From a virus (taxonomy: Duplodnaviria > Heunggongvirae > Uroviricota > Caudoviricetes), in IMG/VR virus record IMGVR_UViG_2627854066_000005, positions 1 to 33,479 of that record: a stretch of 33,479 bases of DNA; one strand, 5' to 3'. Positions 17,857-26,819 of this stretch are shown here, piece by piece. The notes under the pieces were generated by a model. It was not told the DNA's origin, ran no database searches, and saw only the letters and a program-made list of their open reading frames with translations. Within the stretch, counting starts at the first letter, position 1. Each line of letters opens with the position of its first letter. Made by a program: the position numbers and the translations under genes.

Positions 17857-18906
17857 ATGTCTAACGATGATAAAACATTGAATTTATTCCCCATAGATTA
17901 TCCATTTGAGACTTTATGTTCTAGGATGAAGTCCAATCCCATCAAACTAAAACTGAATCCAGACTTTCAAAGAAAGTACAAATGGGATCAGGACGGATGG
18001 CTGCGATCTTCAAAATTCATTGAATCTTGTTTAATGCGTATTCCTCTTCCATCTTGTTACTTTGCAGAAGATGATAGCGGCAATCATATTGTAATTGATG
18101 GTGTTCAGCGATTAACCACAATACAGAAATTTTTTGATGACGAGTTCGCTTTGGAGGGAATGACTACATTTAAAGAGCTTGAAGGGAAAAAGTTTTCTGA
18201 ATTAGGATCTCTACGTTCAGAGTTAGAGTCGACAACAATAAGATGCATTGTTCTAAGAAAAGAAAATCCCAAAAAATTAATAAGAGAGATATTTTCTAGA
18301 CTCAATCAGGGGGCAGTTAAACTTTCTGACCAAGAAATAAGACATGCGTTATATCCGGGAGGGTTTGATGAATTATTAGAAGAGTTAGGTAATATTGATG
18401 CCATTAAAAATTTTGGTTTGGCGGAAACAACTACAGTAAAAAGAGATAGTCGTGAGCCAGACGAACAAGTTTTGCGTTTTTTTGCATTTTATGAAGATAA
18501 CTTTTTTGATTACTTTGATAGCTCCTTGAAAGAATTCTTGGATGATCATATGGAAAAATTTTCAGACTTAAAAGATGATGAACTGAATATTATGAGGGAG
18601 AGATTCAAAACATCATTATCTAAGTGTGAAAAAATATTTGGTGAAGATGTATTTACAAACCCTACAGTTAGGAGAAAACGTAAAGGGTTAGTTCATTATG
18701 ACATTTTAATGCCTACAATTGGCAAGTTAAATGATGATATTGTAAATGAAAAGTCCGAACAAATACGGAATGCTTGGTTTACTCTTTGTTCAAGTGCTGA
18801 GTTCAAAAAAACTTTATCAGGTGGGCTACAGAATAAGAGTTCGGTGATGAAGCGTAGGGCTAGTTGGGTGGCACTTCTTAAGGAAGTTATTGATGGAAAA
18901 TACTGA
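17857..18906 (+). CDS. DUF262 (ParB-like / GmrSD N-terminal-like) domain protein
   Basis: 349 aa; N-terminal region with FQRKYKW and IDGVQRL (the DGQQR-type motif of DUF262); helical C-terminal region, no HNH/DUF1524 seen. About 33% GC; inserted between S and V, which are adjacent in P2. Confidence 0.65.
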   Translation: MSNDDKTLNLFPIDYPFETLCSRMKSNPIKLKLNPDFQRKYKWDQDGWLRSSKFIESCLMRIPLPSCYFAEDDSGNHIVIDGVQRLTTIQKFFDDEFALEGMTTFKELEGKKFSELGSLRSELESTTIRCIVLRKENPKKLIREIFSRLNQGAVKLSDQEIRHALYPGGFDELLEELGNIDAIKNFGLAETTTVKRDSREPDEQVLRFFAFYEDNFFDYFDSSLKEFLDDHMEKFSDLKDDELNIMRERFKTSLSKCEKIFGEDVFTNPTVRRKRKGLVHYDILMPTIGKLNDDIVNEKSEQIRNAWFTLCSSAEFKKTLSGGLQNKSSVMKRRASWVALLKEVIDGKY

Positions 18907-19471
18907 ATACTATGATGGATATCGTTCATTATTTTTATCCTTAAAAGAAATTATTAAGGAGACGGAGCAACAGGCTATCCTTGAGGAAAATGAATTCTTC
19001 AATAAGAACATTAATTTTTTTGTTAAATCGTATCTTATTACACTCTGCACTTATTTAGAGTCGTATTTGACTGAGGTTGCAACATGGCACTGCGATACCA
19101 TCAATCGCAGGCTTAAAGCAGCCTGCTTGCCACACAATTTTTTGCTTTGGCGAGTCAAAAAAGATGTTAAAGATAAGGAGTTGAAATATATAGATGCTGA
19201 TTTAAAGGTTGAGAAAAGTGAGGTGTCGGATAGCCTGTCTGGTAATCCTTACAAGACGATTAAGGCATTTTCTTATTTGGGTGTTAATCTTTTGAATTCG
19301 GCGGAATTTAATGCGAATAAGGATGTTGTGAATGCAGTGGTTGTAAAGAGAAATAACATTATTCATCATAACGACAATGCAAATGATATTAGTCTCACTG
19401 ACGTAAGTGGTTATGTAGATCTGTTTGTATCCTATATGGCCGCGATAGATAATATGGTTTGTGGAAAATAA
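18890..19471 (+). CDS. Hypothetical partner protein, possible HEPN-like (R-x4-H) motif
   Basis: 193 aa; overlaps the upstream gene by 17 nt (same operon); KRNNIIHHND fits the R-x4-H pattern of HEPN RNases, tentative. AT-rich. Confidence 0.45.
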   Translation: MMENTEYYDGYRSLFLSLKEIIKETEQQAILEENEFFNKNINFFVKSYLITLCTYLESYLTEVATWHCDTINRRLKAACLPHNFLLWRVKKDVKDKELKYIDADLKVEKSEVSDSLSGNPYKTIKAFSYLGVNLLNSAEFNANKDVVNAVVVKRNNIIHHNDNANDISLTDVSGYVDLFVSYMAAIDNMVCGK

Positions 19472-19734
19472 TGTTTTAATATTCGTGGGGCTGTTTGATA
19501 ATTTAGCCCCATATCTGCTTTGGTAAGGGTTCGGAAAATAATTTTATATCATGATGAAATGTCTATGAGATTTATTTCATTTCTAAGTTTTGCTATTTGA
19601 TAAATCCTTTATGTGGCTCTCATTAATCTAATGGGATGAATTATACTGATATTTTAAAGCTGATAATTGTTGTTTCATCTCCCATAAAACTCCACTTGAT
19701 TGCCACTAGCCTTTCCAGTCGGCATCCTTTCCAC

Positions 19735-20376
19735 ATGAATAATTTAAATTCTTTACAGGAAATCGCTCGGGCGATCCGCAACCTTATCCGCACCGGCATT
19801 GTGACCGACGTCGACCCCGTCGAGGGGCTTTGTCGTGTACAGACCGGCGGGATGCAAACCACCTGGCTTAACTGGCTGACCTGCCGCGCCGGCCGCTCGC
19901 GGGTGTGGTGGGCTCCTTCTGTTGGCGAGCAGGTGCTCATTCTTGCCATTGGTGGCGAGCTGGACACAGCCTTTGTGCTGCCCGGCATTTTCTCTGATGA
20001 CCATCCTGCGCCGTCGGCCTCGTCCGATGCGTTTCACGTCACTTTTCCTGACGGGGCGGTTATCGAGTACGAACCCGAAAACGGGGCGCTCACCGTATCC
20101 GGTATTAAAACCGCCGACGTTACCGCGTCGGAGTCCATTACCGCCATCGTGCCGGTGGTGCTGGTGAAAGCCGAAACCCGCATTACCCTCGATACTCCCG
20201 AGGTGGTGTGTACCAACAAGCTCATCACCGGCACGCTCGAAGTGAAAAAAGGCGGGACGATGTCGGGGAACATCGAGCACACCGAAGGGAAATTTACCTC
20301 AAACGGCGTGCAGGTCGATGCCCACGATCATGGTGGCGTGGAGCCGGGCGGAAACTGGACGAAGGGGGTCAAATGA
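19735..20376 (+). CDS. V: Baseplate spike / assembly protein V
   Basis: Start MNNLNSLQEIARAIRNLIRTG; ...WWAPSVGEQVLILAIGGELDTAFVLPGIF... resembles P2 V; 213 aa versus 211. Confidence 0.85.
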   Translation: MNNLNSLQEIARAIRNLIRTGIVTDVDPVEGLCRVQTGGMQTTWLNWLTCRAGRSRVWWAPSVGEQVLILAIGGELDTAFVLPGIFSDDHPAPSASSDAFHVTFPDGAVIEYEPENGALTVSGIKTADVTASESITAIVPVVLVKAETRITLDTPEVVCTNKLITGTLEVKKGGTMSGNIEHTEGKFTSNGVQVDAHDHGGVEPGGNWTKGVK

Positions 20377-20723
20377 CGGTGCGTTATCTGGGAATGAACA
20401 GCCAGACCGGCCTCAGTATTTCTGAAGTTGAGCACATCAGGCAAAGCGTGCGCGACATTCTGGTCACGCCAGTGGGCTCGCGCGTCATGCGCCGCGAATA
20501 TGGCTCGCTGTTGTCTGCACTGATTGACCAGCCGCAGACCCCGGCGCTGCGTCTGCAGATTATGGCCGCGTGCTACTCCGCGATCCAGAGGTGGGAACCG
20601 CGCGTCAGTTTGTCGACCATCACCGTTGAACGCGGAGAGGATGACGGCGCGATGTACGTCGATATGACCGGCACGCGTTCGGCATCAGGCCAGCCTTTTT
20701 CTATCACCCTTCCACTGAGTTAA
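20373..20723 (+). CDS. W: Baseplate wedge protein W
   Basis: 116 aa versus 115 for P2 W; start overlaps the V stop (ATGA). Confidence 0.8.
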   Translation: MTVRYLGMNSQTGLSISEVEHIRQSVRDILVTPVGSRVMRREYGSLLSALIDQPQTPALRLQIMAACYSAIQRWEPRVSLSTITVERGEDDGAMYVDMTGTRSASGQPFSITLPLS

Positions 20724-20728
20724 ACGTT

Positions 20729-21637
20729 ATGGCTATTGTTGACCTGAGCCAGCTCGCCGCACCTGATGTTGTGGAAGAGTTGGATTATGAAACCATCCTG
20801 ACAGAGCGAAAGGTGACGCTCGTCTCACTCTATCCCGAAGAGCAACAGGACGCGGTAGCGCGTACGCTGACGCTTGAATCTGAGCCGATTGTGAAGCTGT
20901 TGCAGGAAAATGCTTATCGGGAGGTTATCTGGCGTCAGCGGGTGAATGAGTCGGCATGGGCGGTGATGCTGGCTTACGCTGCCGGTCATGACCTTGATAA
21001 CCTCGGCGCAAATTACAATGTTGAGCGTCTCGTTATTACGCCTGCTGATGAGACCACGCTGCCGCCAACGCCTGCCGTCATGGAATCGGACACCGATTAC
21101 CGTCTGCGAATTCAACAGGCTTTTGAGGGAATGAGCGTGGCCGGGTCGACCGGTGCGTATCAGTTTCATGGCCGCAGTGCTGACGGGCGGGGCGCCGATA
21201 TTTCTGTTATCAGCCCGCAGCCTGCCTGCGTGACCGTGTCGGTACTGTCCCGGGAGAATAACGGCGCGGCATCCGGGGAACTGCTCGCCGTGGTGCGTAA
21301 TGCTCTCAACGATGAGGATGTGAGGCCGGTTGCTGACCGCGTGACCGTGCAGTCGGCGGTCATTTTCGACTACACCATCGATGCCGCGCTTTATCTTTAT
21401 CCCGGCCCCGAAAGCGAGCCGGTGCTCAGTGCGGCAAAAGCGAAGCTGCAGGCTTATATCAACGCGCAGCACCGGCTCGGGCGCGATATCCGCAAGTCTG
21501 CCATCTATGCCGCGCTTCACGTCGAGGGGGTGCAGCGTGTCGAACTTGTCGCGCCGGTCGCTGACATCGTACTCAATGAGACACAGGCGTCATATTGCAC
21601 TGCTTACAGCGTAAACATCGGGGGCAACGATGAGTGA
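20729..21637 (+). CDS. J: Baseplate protein J
   Basis: 302 aa, same length as P2 J; synteny. Confidence 0.85.
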   Translation: MAIVDLSQLAAPDVVEELDYETILTERKVTLVSLYPEEQQDAVARTLTLESEPIVKLLQENAYREVIWRQRVNESAWAVMLAYAAGHDLDNLGANYNVERLVITPADETTLPPTPAVMESDTDYRLRIQQAFEGMSVAGSTGAYQFHGRSADGRGADISVISPQPACVTVSVLSRENNGAASGELLAVVRNALNDEDVRPVADRVTVQSAVIFDYTIDAALYLYPGPESEPVLSAAKAKLQAYINAQHRLGRDIRKSAIYAALHVEGVQRVELVAPVADIVLNETQASYCTAYSVNIGGNDE

Positions 21638-22160
21638 TACCCGTCTGCTGCCGGTGGGCTCGTCGCCGCTTGAGGTGGCGGCGGCGCGCGCCTGCGCGGA
21701 TATCGAAAATACGCCCGTCCCGCTGCGTCGTCTATGGAACCCTGACAACTGCCCCGCAAATCTGCTGCCGTGGCTGGCCTGGGCGTTTTCGGTTGATCGC
21801 TGGGATGAGAGCTGGCCGGAAGAAACCAAACGCGAGGTTATCCGCAGCACGTGGTTTATCCATGCGCATAAAGGGACGATAGGTGCGGTGCGTCGTGTGG
21901 TCGAGCCGCTCGGGTATCTGATTAACGTGACGGAGTGGTGGGAGACGAACGACCCCCCGGGCACGTTTCGCCTTGATATCGGCGTGCTGGAGACCGGTAT
22001 CACCGAGGAAATGTATTACGAAATGGAAAGGCTGATTGCCGATGCAAAGCCAGCCAGCCGCCATCTTATTGGCCTGAATATTATCCAGGACATACCGGGT
22101 TATCTCTTCACCGGAGCCCTGACCTGGGACGGCGACATCATCACGGTTTACCCCGGATAA
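21630..22160 (+). CDS. I: Baseplate / tail protein I
   Basis: 176 aa, same length as P2 I; start overlaps the J stop. Confidence 0.8.
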   Translation: MSDTRLLPVGSSPLEVAAARACADIENTPVPLRRLWNPDNCPANLLPWLAWAFSVDRWDESWPEETKREVIRSTWFIHAHKGTIGAVRRVVEPLGYLINVTEWWETNDPPGTFRLDIGVLETGITEEMYYEMERLIADAKPASRHLIGLNIIQDIPGYLFTGALTWDGDIITVYPG

Positions 22161-22171
22161 GTGAGAACACA

Positions 22172-23857
22172 ATGACAGTGAAATATAAAACCGTTATCAC
22201 CCGAGCCGGTGCGGAAAAACTGGCGGCGGCGACGCTCCCGAACGGGAAGAAAGTCAATTTTGCTGTGATGGCCGTCGGGGACGGCGGCGGAAAACTGCCC
22301 GAACCGGACGCCAGCCAGACAAAACTCGTCAATGAGGTCTGGCGTCATGTCCTGAACAAAATCAGCCAGGACAAAAAACATAAAAATTATGTCGTGGCGG
22401 AGCTGGTGATCCCCCCGGAGACCGGCGGTTTCTGGCTGCGTGAAATGGGGCTTTACGATGACACCGGCACGCTGATTGCGGTCGGCAATATGGCCGAAAG
22501 CTACAAACCCGAGCTGGCGGAAGGATCAGGTCGTGCGCAGACGCTGCGTATGGTGATCATGGTGAGTGATATCGACACGGTCGAGTTGTCCATCGATACC
22601 ACGCTGGTGATGGCGACGCAGGATTATGTCGACGACAAACTCGCAGAGCATGAGCAGTCCCGCCGCCATCCTGACGCCACGCTGAAAGAAAAAGGGTTCA
22701 CGCAGTTAAGCAGTGCGACCGACAGCACGTCTGAGGCGCTCGCCGCGACACCGAAAGCGGTTAAGGCGGCGTATGACCTTGCGAAAGGTAAATACTCGGC
22801 TCAGGACGCGACCACGGCGCAGAAAGGGATTGTTCAGCTCAGTAGCGCCATCGACAGCGTGTCTGAGACGCTCGCCGCAACGCCAAAAGCGGTGAAAGCG
22901 GCGAATGATAATGCTGATGGCCGCGTTCCTTCCTCGCGCAAAATTAACGGACACTCCCTGAATGCTGACACCAGTGTCACCTCGCAGGATATTTTCGACG
23001 ACCAGGCTATTGGGCTGGTAACGGAGGATTTAGACACCCTTAAAACGCCGGGTATTTACTTTCAGCCAGCGAATTCTAATACCTCAGCCGCCAGACATTA
23101 CCCTGAAAATAACGCCGGGACGCTGGTCATTTATAAAAATGCCGGAGTGACTCAGGTATACCGGGTTTATAACAGCTCCCGGAGCTACTCGCGCAGCCAG
23201 TATTCAACAGGCGCATGGACACCGTGGACGCCTGATGATGTTTTTCCGGTAGGCGCTCCCGTTGCGTGGCCGTCTGACAGTGTTCCTGCTGGCTATGCCG
23301 TCATGCAGGGACAAACTTTTGATAAAGCCGCGTATCCGCTGCTTGCTGTGGTGTACCCATCGGGTGTTATTCCTGATATGCGGGGCTGGACAATCAAAGG
23401 TAAACCCGCAAGTGGGCGCGCTATTTTGTCTCAGGAGCAGGACGGCATTAAATCGCACGCCCACGGTGCCAGCGCATCGAGCACCGATTTAGGGACGAAA
23501 ACCACCAGTGCTTTTGACCACGGAACGAAAACCACCACGACCTTTGACTACGGGACAAAAACCACTAATGCAACCGGCAACCATGCGCACACTTTTACCG
23601 TACACCGGGGAGATCAGGCCGGGGGACAGGCCGCCGACGGTAACGAAATAGCGACGGGAACGAAAACAACATCAACTGCAGGTAATCACGCGCATACCGT
23701 GGCGATTGGTGCCCACAATCATAATGTCGGGATTGGCGCACACTCGCACTCCGTTGCTATTGGCGCACACGGTCACACCATTACGATCGCCGCGTCGGGT
23801 AATGCAGAAAACACCATCAAAAACATCGCCTTTAACTATATCGTGAGACTCGCATAA
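22172..23857 (+). CDS. H: Tail fiber protein H
   Basis: 561 aa; conserved N-terminus ([22 protein letters not shown]...); internal 42-aa duplicated [16 protein letters not shown] segment; C-terminal GTKTT and HxH repeat region. Confidence 0.85.
   Translation: MTVKYKTVITRAGAEKLAAATLPNGKKVNFAVMAVGDGGGKLPEPDASQTKLVNEVWRHVLNKISQDKKHKNYVVAELVIPPETGGFWLREMGLYDDTGTLIAVGNMAESYKPELAEGSGRAQTLRMVIMVSDIDTVELSIDTTLVMATQDYVDDKLAEHEQSRRHPDATLKEKGFTQLSSATDSTSEALAATPKAVKAAYDLAKGKYSAQDATTAQKGIVQLSSAIDSVSETLAATPKAVKAANDNADGRVPSSRKINGHSLNADTSVTSQDIFDDQAIGLVTEDLDTLKTPGIYFQPANSNTSAARHYPENNAGTLVIYKNAGVTQVYRVYNSSRSYSRSQYSTGAWTPWTPDDVFPVGAPVAWPSDSVPAGYAVMQGQTFDKAAYPLLAVVYPSGVIPDMRGWTIKGKPASGRAILSQEQDGIKSHAHGASASSTDLGTKTTSAFDHGTKTTTTFDYGTKTTNATGNHAHTFTVHRGDQAGGQAADGNEIATGTKTTSTAGNHAHTVAIGAHNHNVGIGAHSHSVAIGAHGHTITIAASGNAENTIKNIAFNYIVRLA
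23705..23785. repeat. Three tandem 27-bp coding repeats (IGAHxHxVx) inside H
   Basis: attggtgcccac / attggcgcacac / attggcgcacac begin at 23705, 23732 and 23759; they encode [27 protein letters not shown]. Confidence 0.6.
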
Positions 23858-24435
23858 TGACGTTTAAAATGACCGGAGAAAGCCGGACTATCACTGTGTA
23901 TAACTTTCGTGCAGACACCTGTGAATTTATTGGAAAAGGTGACGCCCTGATACCGGCATTTACCGGATTGCCCGCCTGCTGCACCAGTGAAAAGCCCCCG
24001 GAAACCCGAGACGGATTTATTCCGGTTTATGACACTGAAAATGGTTGCTGGGCTATCACTGAAGACCACCGGGGTGAGGTTGTCTATGACACCGAAACAG
24101 GTCATGAGAGGGAGATAACCGAGCCGGGTCAGTATCCGGCAGGAACAACACCGGTTGTGCCGGAAAACCCGTGGCAGAAATGGGATGGTAAAACATGGGT
24201 TGATGATGCTGATGCTGCACGTAATGCATTGACAGAGGCTGCGAAAAACAACAAAAACAGGCTTCTTAAACAGGCCAATACTGCGGTTGCGACATTACAG
24301 GACTCCGTTGATCTGGAGATGGCAACCGACGATGAAAAAACGCACCTCATTGCATGGAAAAAATACCGTGTTTTACTGAGCCGCATCCAGCCGGAGGATG
24401 CTCCGGATATTGAATGGCCGCCGCTGCCAGTCTGA
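23857..24435 (+). CDS. G: Tail fiber assembly chaperone G
   Basis: 192 aa immediately after H; position and size as for P2 G (175 aa). Confidence 0.7.
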   Translation: MTFKMTGESRTITVYNFRADTCEFIGKGDALIPAFTGLPACCTSEKPPETRDGFIPVYDTENGCWAITEDHRGEVVYDTETGHEREITEPGQYPAGTTPVVPENPWQKWDGKTWVDDADAARNALTEAAKNNKNRLLKQANTAVATLQDSVDLEMATDDEKTHLIAWKKYRVLLSRIQPEDAPDIEWPPLPV

Positions 24436-24445
24436 TCCGACATCT

Positions 24446-24467
24446 GGCGGGCAGTTGCCCGCCTTTT
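24446..24467 (+). terminator. Intrinsic terminator after G
   Basis: GGCGGGC-agtt-GCCCGCC followed by TTTT, 11 nt after the G stop. Confidence 0.5.
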
Positions 24468-24570
24468 CCTTTCCCGTCGTTGTGTCAGACCTTAGCCAAC
24501 CCTGACAAATAGCCCGCACCCGCCACACAACAGAAAATATCACTCACCCCTTAACCACGGAGTTAAACGG

Positions 24571-25764
24571 ATGAGTGACTATCATCACGGCGTGCAGGTC
24601 ATCGAGATTAACGATGGCGTGCGCACCATTTCCACCGTTTCGACGGCCATCATCGGCATGGTCTGCACGGCCAGCGATGCTGACGAAAAAACATTTCCCC
24701 TCAATGAGCCGGTGCTCATTACGAACGTGCAGAGCGCTATCGGTAAGGCCGGTAAACAGGGCACGCTGTCGGCGTCCCTGCAGGCTATCGCTGACCAGTG
24801 CAAGCCGGTCATCGTGGCCGTGCGTGTGGCCGAAGGTATTGAAGATCCGGAGAACCCCGAGGAGGCGCACAAACAGACCATTTCTAATATCATCGGCACC
24901 ACCGACGAAAACGGCAAATATACCGGGCTGAAAGCCCTGCTGACGGCGAAAACCGTCACCGGCGTTAAGCCACGGATTCTCGGCGTGCCGGGGCTGGATT
25001 CACAGGAGGTGGCGACCGCACTCGCGTCCACCTGTCAGAGCCTGCGCGCCTTTGGCTATGTCAGCGCATGGGGCTGTAAAACCATTTCCGAGGCCATCGA
25101 CTACCGCGAGAATTTCAGCCAGCGTGAGCTGATGGTCATCTTCCCTGATTTTCTGGCATGGGACACCACGGCGAACGCGACCGCGACAGCCTGGGCGACG
25201 GCGCGCGCGCTCGGCCTGCGTGCCAAAATCGACCAGACGGTCGGCTGGCATAAAACCCTGTCTAACGTTGGCGTTAACGGTGTGACCGGCGTCAGTGCCT
25301 CAGTATCGTGGGATTTGCAGGAACCGGCGACCGACGCCAACCTGCTGAATCAGGCCGGTGTCACCACGCTTATCCGCAATGATGGTTTCAAGTTTTGGGG
25401 AAACCGTACCTGCTCGGATGATCCGCTTTTCCTGTTTGAGAACTACACCCGCACCGCGCAGGTACTGGCCGACACGATGGCGGAGGCGCACGCGTGGGCG
25501 ATGGATAAACCCATTACCCCGACCCTCATTCGCGACATCGTTTCCGGTATCAATGCCAAATTCCGCGAGCTGAAAACCAGTGGTTATATCGTTGACGGCT
25601 TCTGCTGGTACGACCCGGAGTCGAACGACACCGCGACCCTGAAAGTGGGGAAACTGTATATCGATTACGACTATACCCCCGTCCCGCCGCTGGAAAACCT
25701 GACCCTGCGCCAGCGCATCACCGATACCTATCTGGCGAACCTGTCGGACTCGGTCAACAGCTAA
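24571..25764 (+). CDS. FI: Contractile tail sheath protein FI
   Basis: 397 aa versus 396 for P2 FI; synteny. Confidence 0.9.
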   Translation: MSDYHHGVQVIEINDGVRTISTVSTAIIGMVCTASDADEKTFPLNEPVLITNVQSAIGKAGKQGTLSASLQAIADQCKPVIVAVRVAEGIEDPENPEEAHKQTISNIIGTTDENGKYTGLKALLTAKTVTGVKPRILGVPGLDSQEVATALASTCQSLRAFGYVSAWGCKTISEAIDYRENFSQRELMVIFPDFLAWDTTANATATAWATARALGLRAKIDQTVGWHKTLSNVGVNGVTGVSASVSWDLQEPATDANLLNQAGVTTLIRNDGFKFWGNRTCSDDPLFLFENYTRTAQVLADTMAEAHAWAMDKPITPTLIRDIVSGINAKFRELKTSGYIVDGFCWYDPESNDTATLKVGKLYIDYDYTPVPPLENLTLRQRITDTYLANLSDSVNS

Positions 25765-25776
25765 GGAGCTCTGAGC

Positions 25777-26295
25777 ATGGCGTTACCCCGCAAACTGAAA
25801 TACCTGAATATGTTCAACGATGGCCTCAGCTATATGGGCGTTGTTGAATCCGTCACCCTGCCAAAATTGACCCGCAAGCTGGAGAAATATCGCGGCGGCG
25901 GGATGCCGGGGGCGGTGTCGGTTGACCTTGGCCTCGATGACGATGCGCTGTCGCTTGAGTGGACGCTCGGCGGTCTGCCTGACATTGAATTGTGGGCGCA
26001 GTACGCCTCACCGGGTGCTGACAGCGTGCCGCTGCGTTTTACCGGCTCTTATCAGCGTGACGACACCGGCGCGATTTCTGCCGTCGAGGTGGTGATGCGT
26101 GGCCGTCATAAAGAATACGACGGCGGTGAAAACAAGCAGGGCGAAAGCGGTACAACCAAAATGGCGACCGAGTGCGCCTATTACCAGCTCACGATCGACG
26201 GCAAAGAAGTCATCGAGATTGACGTGATCAACATGGTGCTGAAAGTCGACGGTGTCGACCGTATGGCAGAGCACCGCAAGGCGATTGGCCTGTAA
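25777..26295 (+). CDS. FII: Tail tube protein FII
   Basis: 172 aa, same length as P2 FII. Confidence 0.9.
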   Translation: MALPRKLKYLNMFNDGLSYMGVVESVTLPKLTRKLEKYRGGGMPGAVSVDLGLDDDALSLEWTLGGLPDIELWAQYASPGADSVPLRFTGSYQRDDTGAISAVEVVMRGRHKEYDGGENKQGESGTTKMATECAYYQLTIDGKEVIEIDVINMVLKVDGVDRMAEHRKAIGL

Positions 26296-26349
26296 TCCTT
26301 CAACCGGTCAGTGAGGCTGGCCGGTCATTTACCCTGATGAGAAATTCGC

Positions 26350-26664
26350 ATGAAAAATATCAATGAGACTGCTGTTGCTGACACTGAGAACGTCAATCCG
26401 AATGTCGTTATTTTTGACACCCCGCTGATGCGCGGTGAGCAGAAAGTTGAGCAGGTCACCTTAACCAAACCGAATGCGGGAACCCTGCGCGGGGTGTCGC
26501 TGGCGTCGCTGGCAAATTCCGACGTTGATGCGCTGATTAAGGTGCTGCCGCGCATGACATATCCGGCACTGACCGAGCACGAGCTCGCGCGTCTGGATGC
26601 GTCAGACCTGATTTCACTAGCCGGTAAGGTGGTCGGTTTTTTGTCACCAGCTTCGGGTCGCTGA
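26350..26664 (+). CDS. E: Tail assembly chaperone E
   Basis: 104-aa ORF before the tape measure gene; the C-terminal region contains the slippery site. Confidence 0.8.
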   Translation: MKNINETAVADTENVNPNVVIFDTPLMRGEQKVEQVTLTKPNAGTLRGVSLASLANSDVDALIKVLPRMTYPALTEHELARLDASDLISLAGKVVGFLSPASGR

Positions 26665-26819
26665 CCTTCCCGGAAAAACTGTCGGTCGATGACCTGATGG
26701 CGGATATTGCGGTGATCTTCCACTGGCCGCCATCAGAGCTAAATTCCCTGAGTGTGACCGAGCTCCTGACATGGCGCGATAAGGCGCTGCAACGAAGCGG
26801 AAGCCATCATGAGCAATAA
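26350..26819 (+). CDS. E': E+E' fusion made by programmed -1 frameshift at T TTT TTG (26637-26643)
   Basis: Slippery heptamer in the E frame; -1 frame translated by hand reads ...TFPEKLSVDDLMADIAVIFHWPPSELNSLSVTELLTWRDKALQRSGSHHEQ to stop 26817-26819, resembling P2 E'. Confidence 0.65.

Noticed and set aside
23705-23785. Tandem 27-bp repeats as a possible CRISPR array
   Set aside because: The repeats are contiguous with no spacers, keep the tail fibre reading frame, and encode a repeating peptide.
24436-24570. Z/fun-type cargo slot between G and FI
   Set aside because: Only about 135 bp here, occupied by a terminator and the FI promoter region; no cargo ORF.
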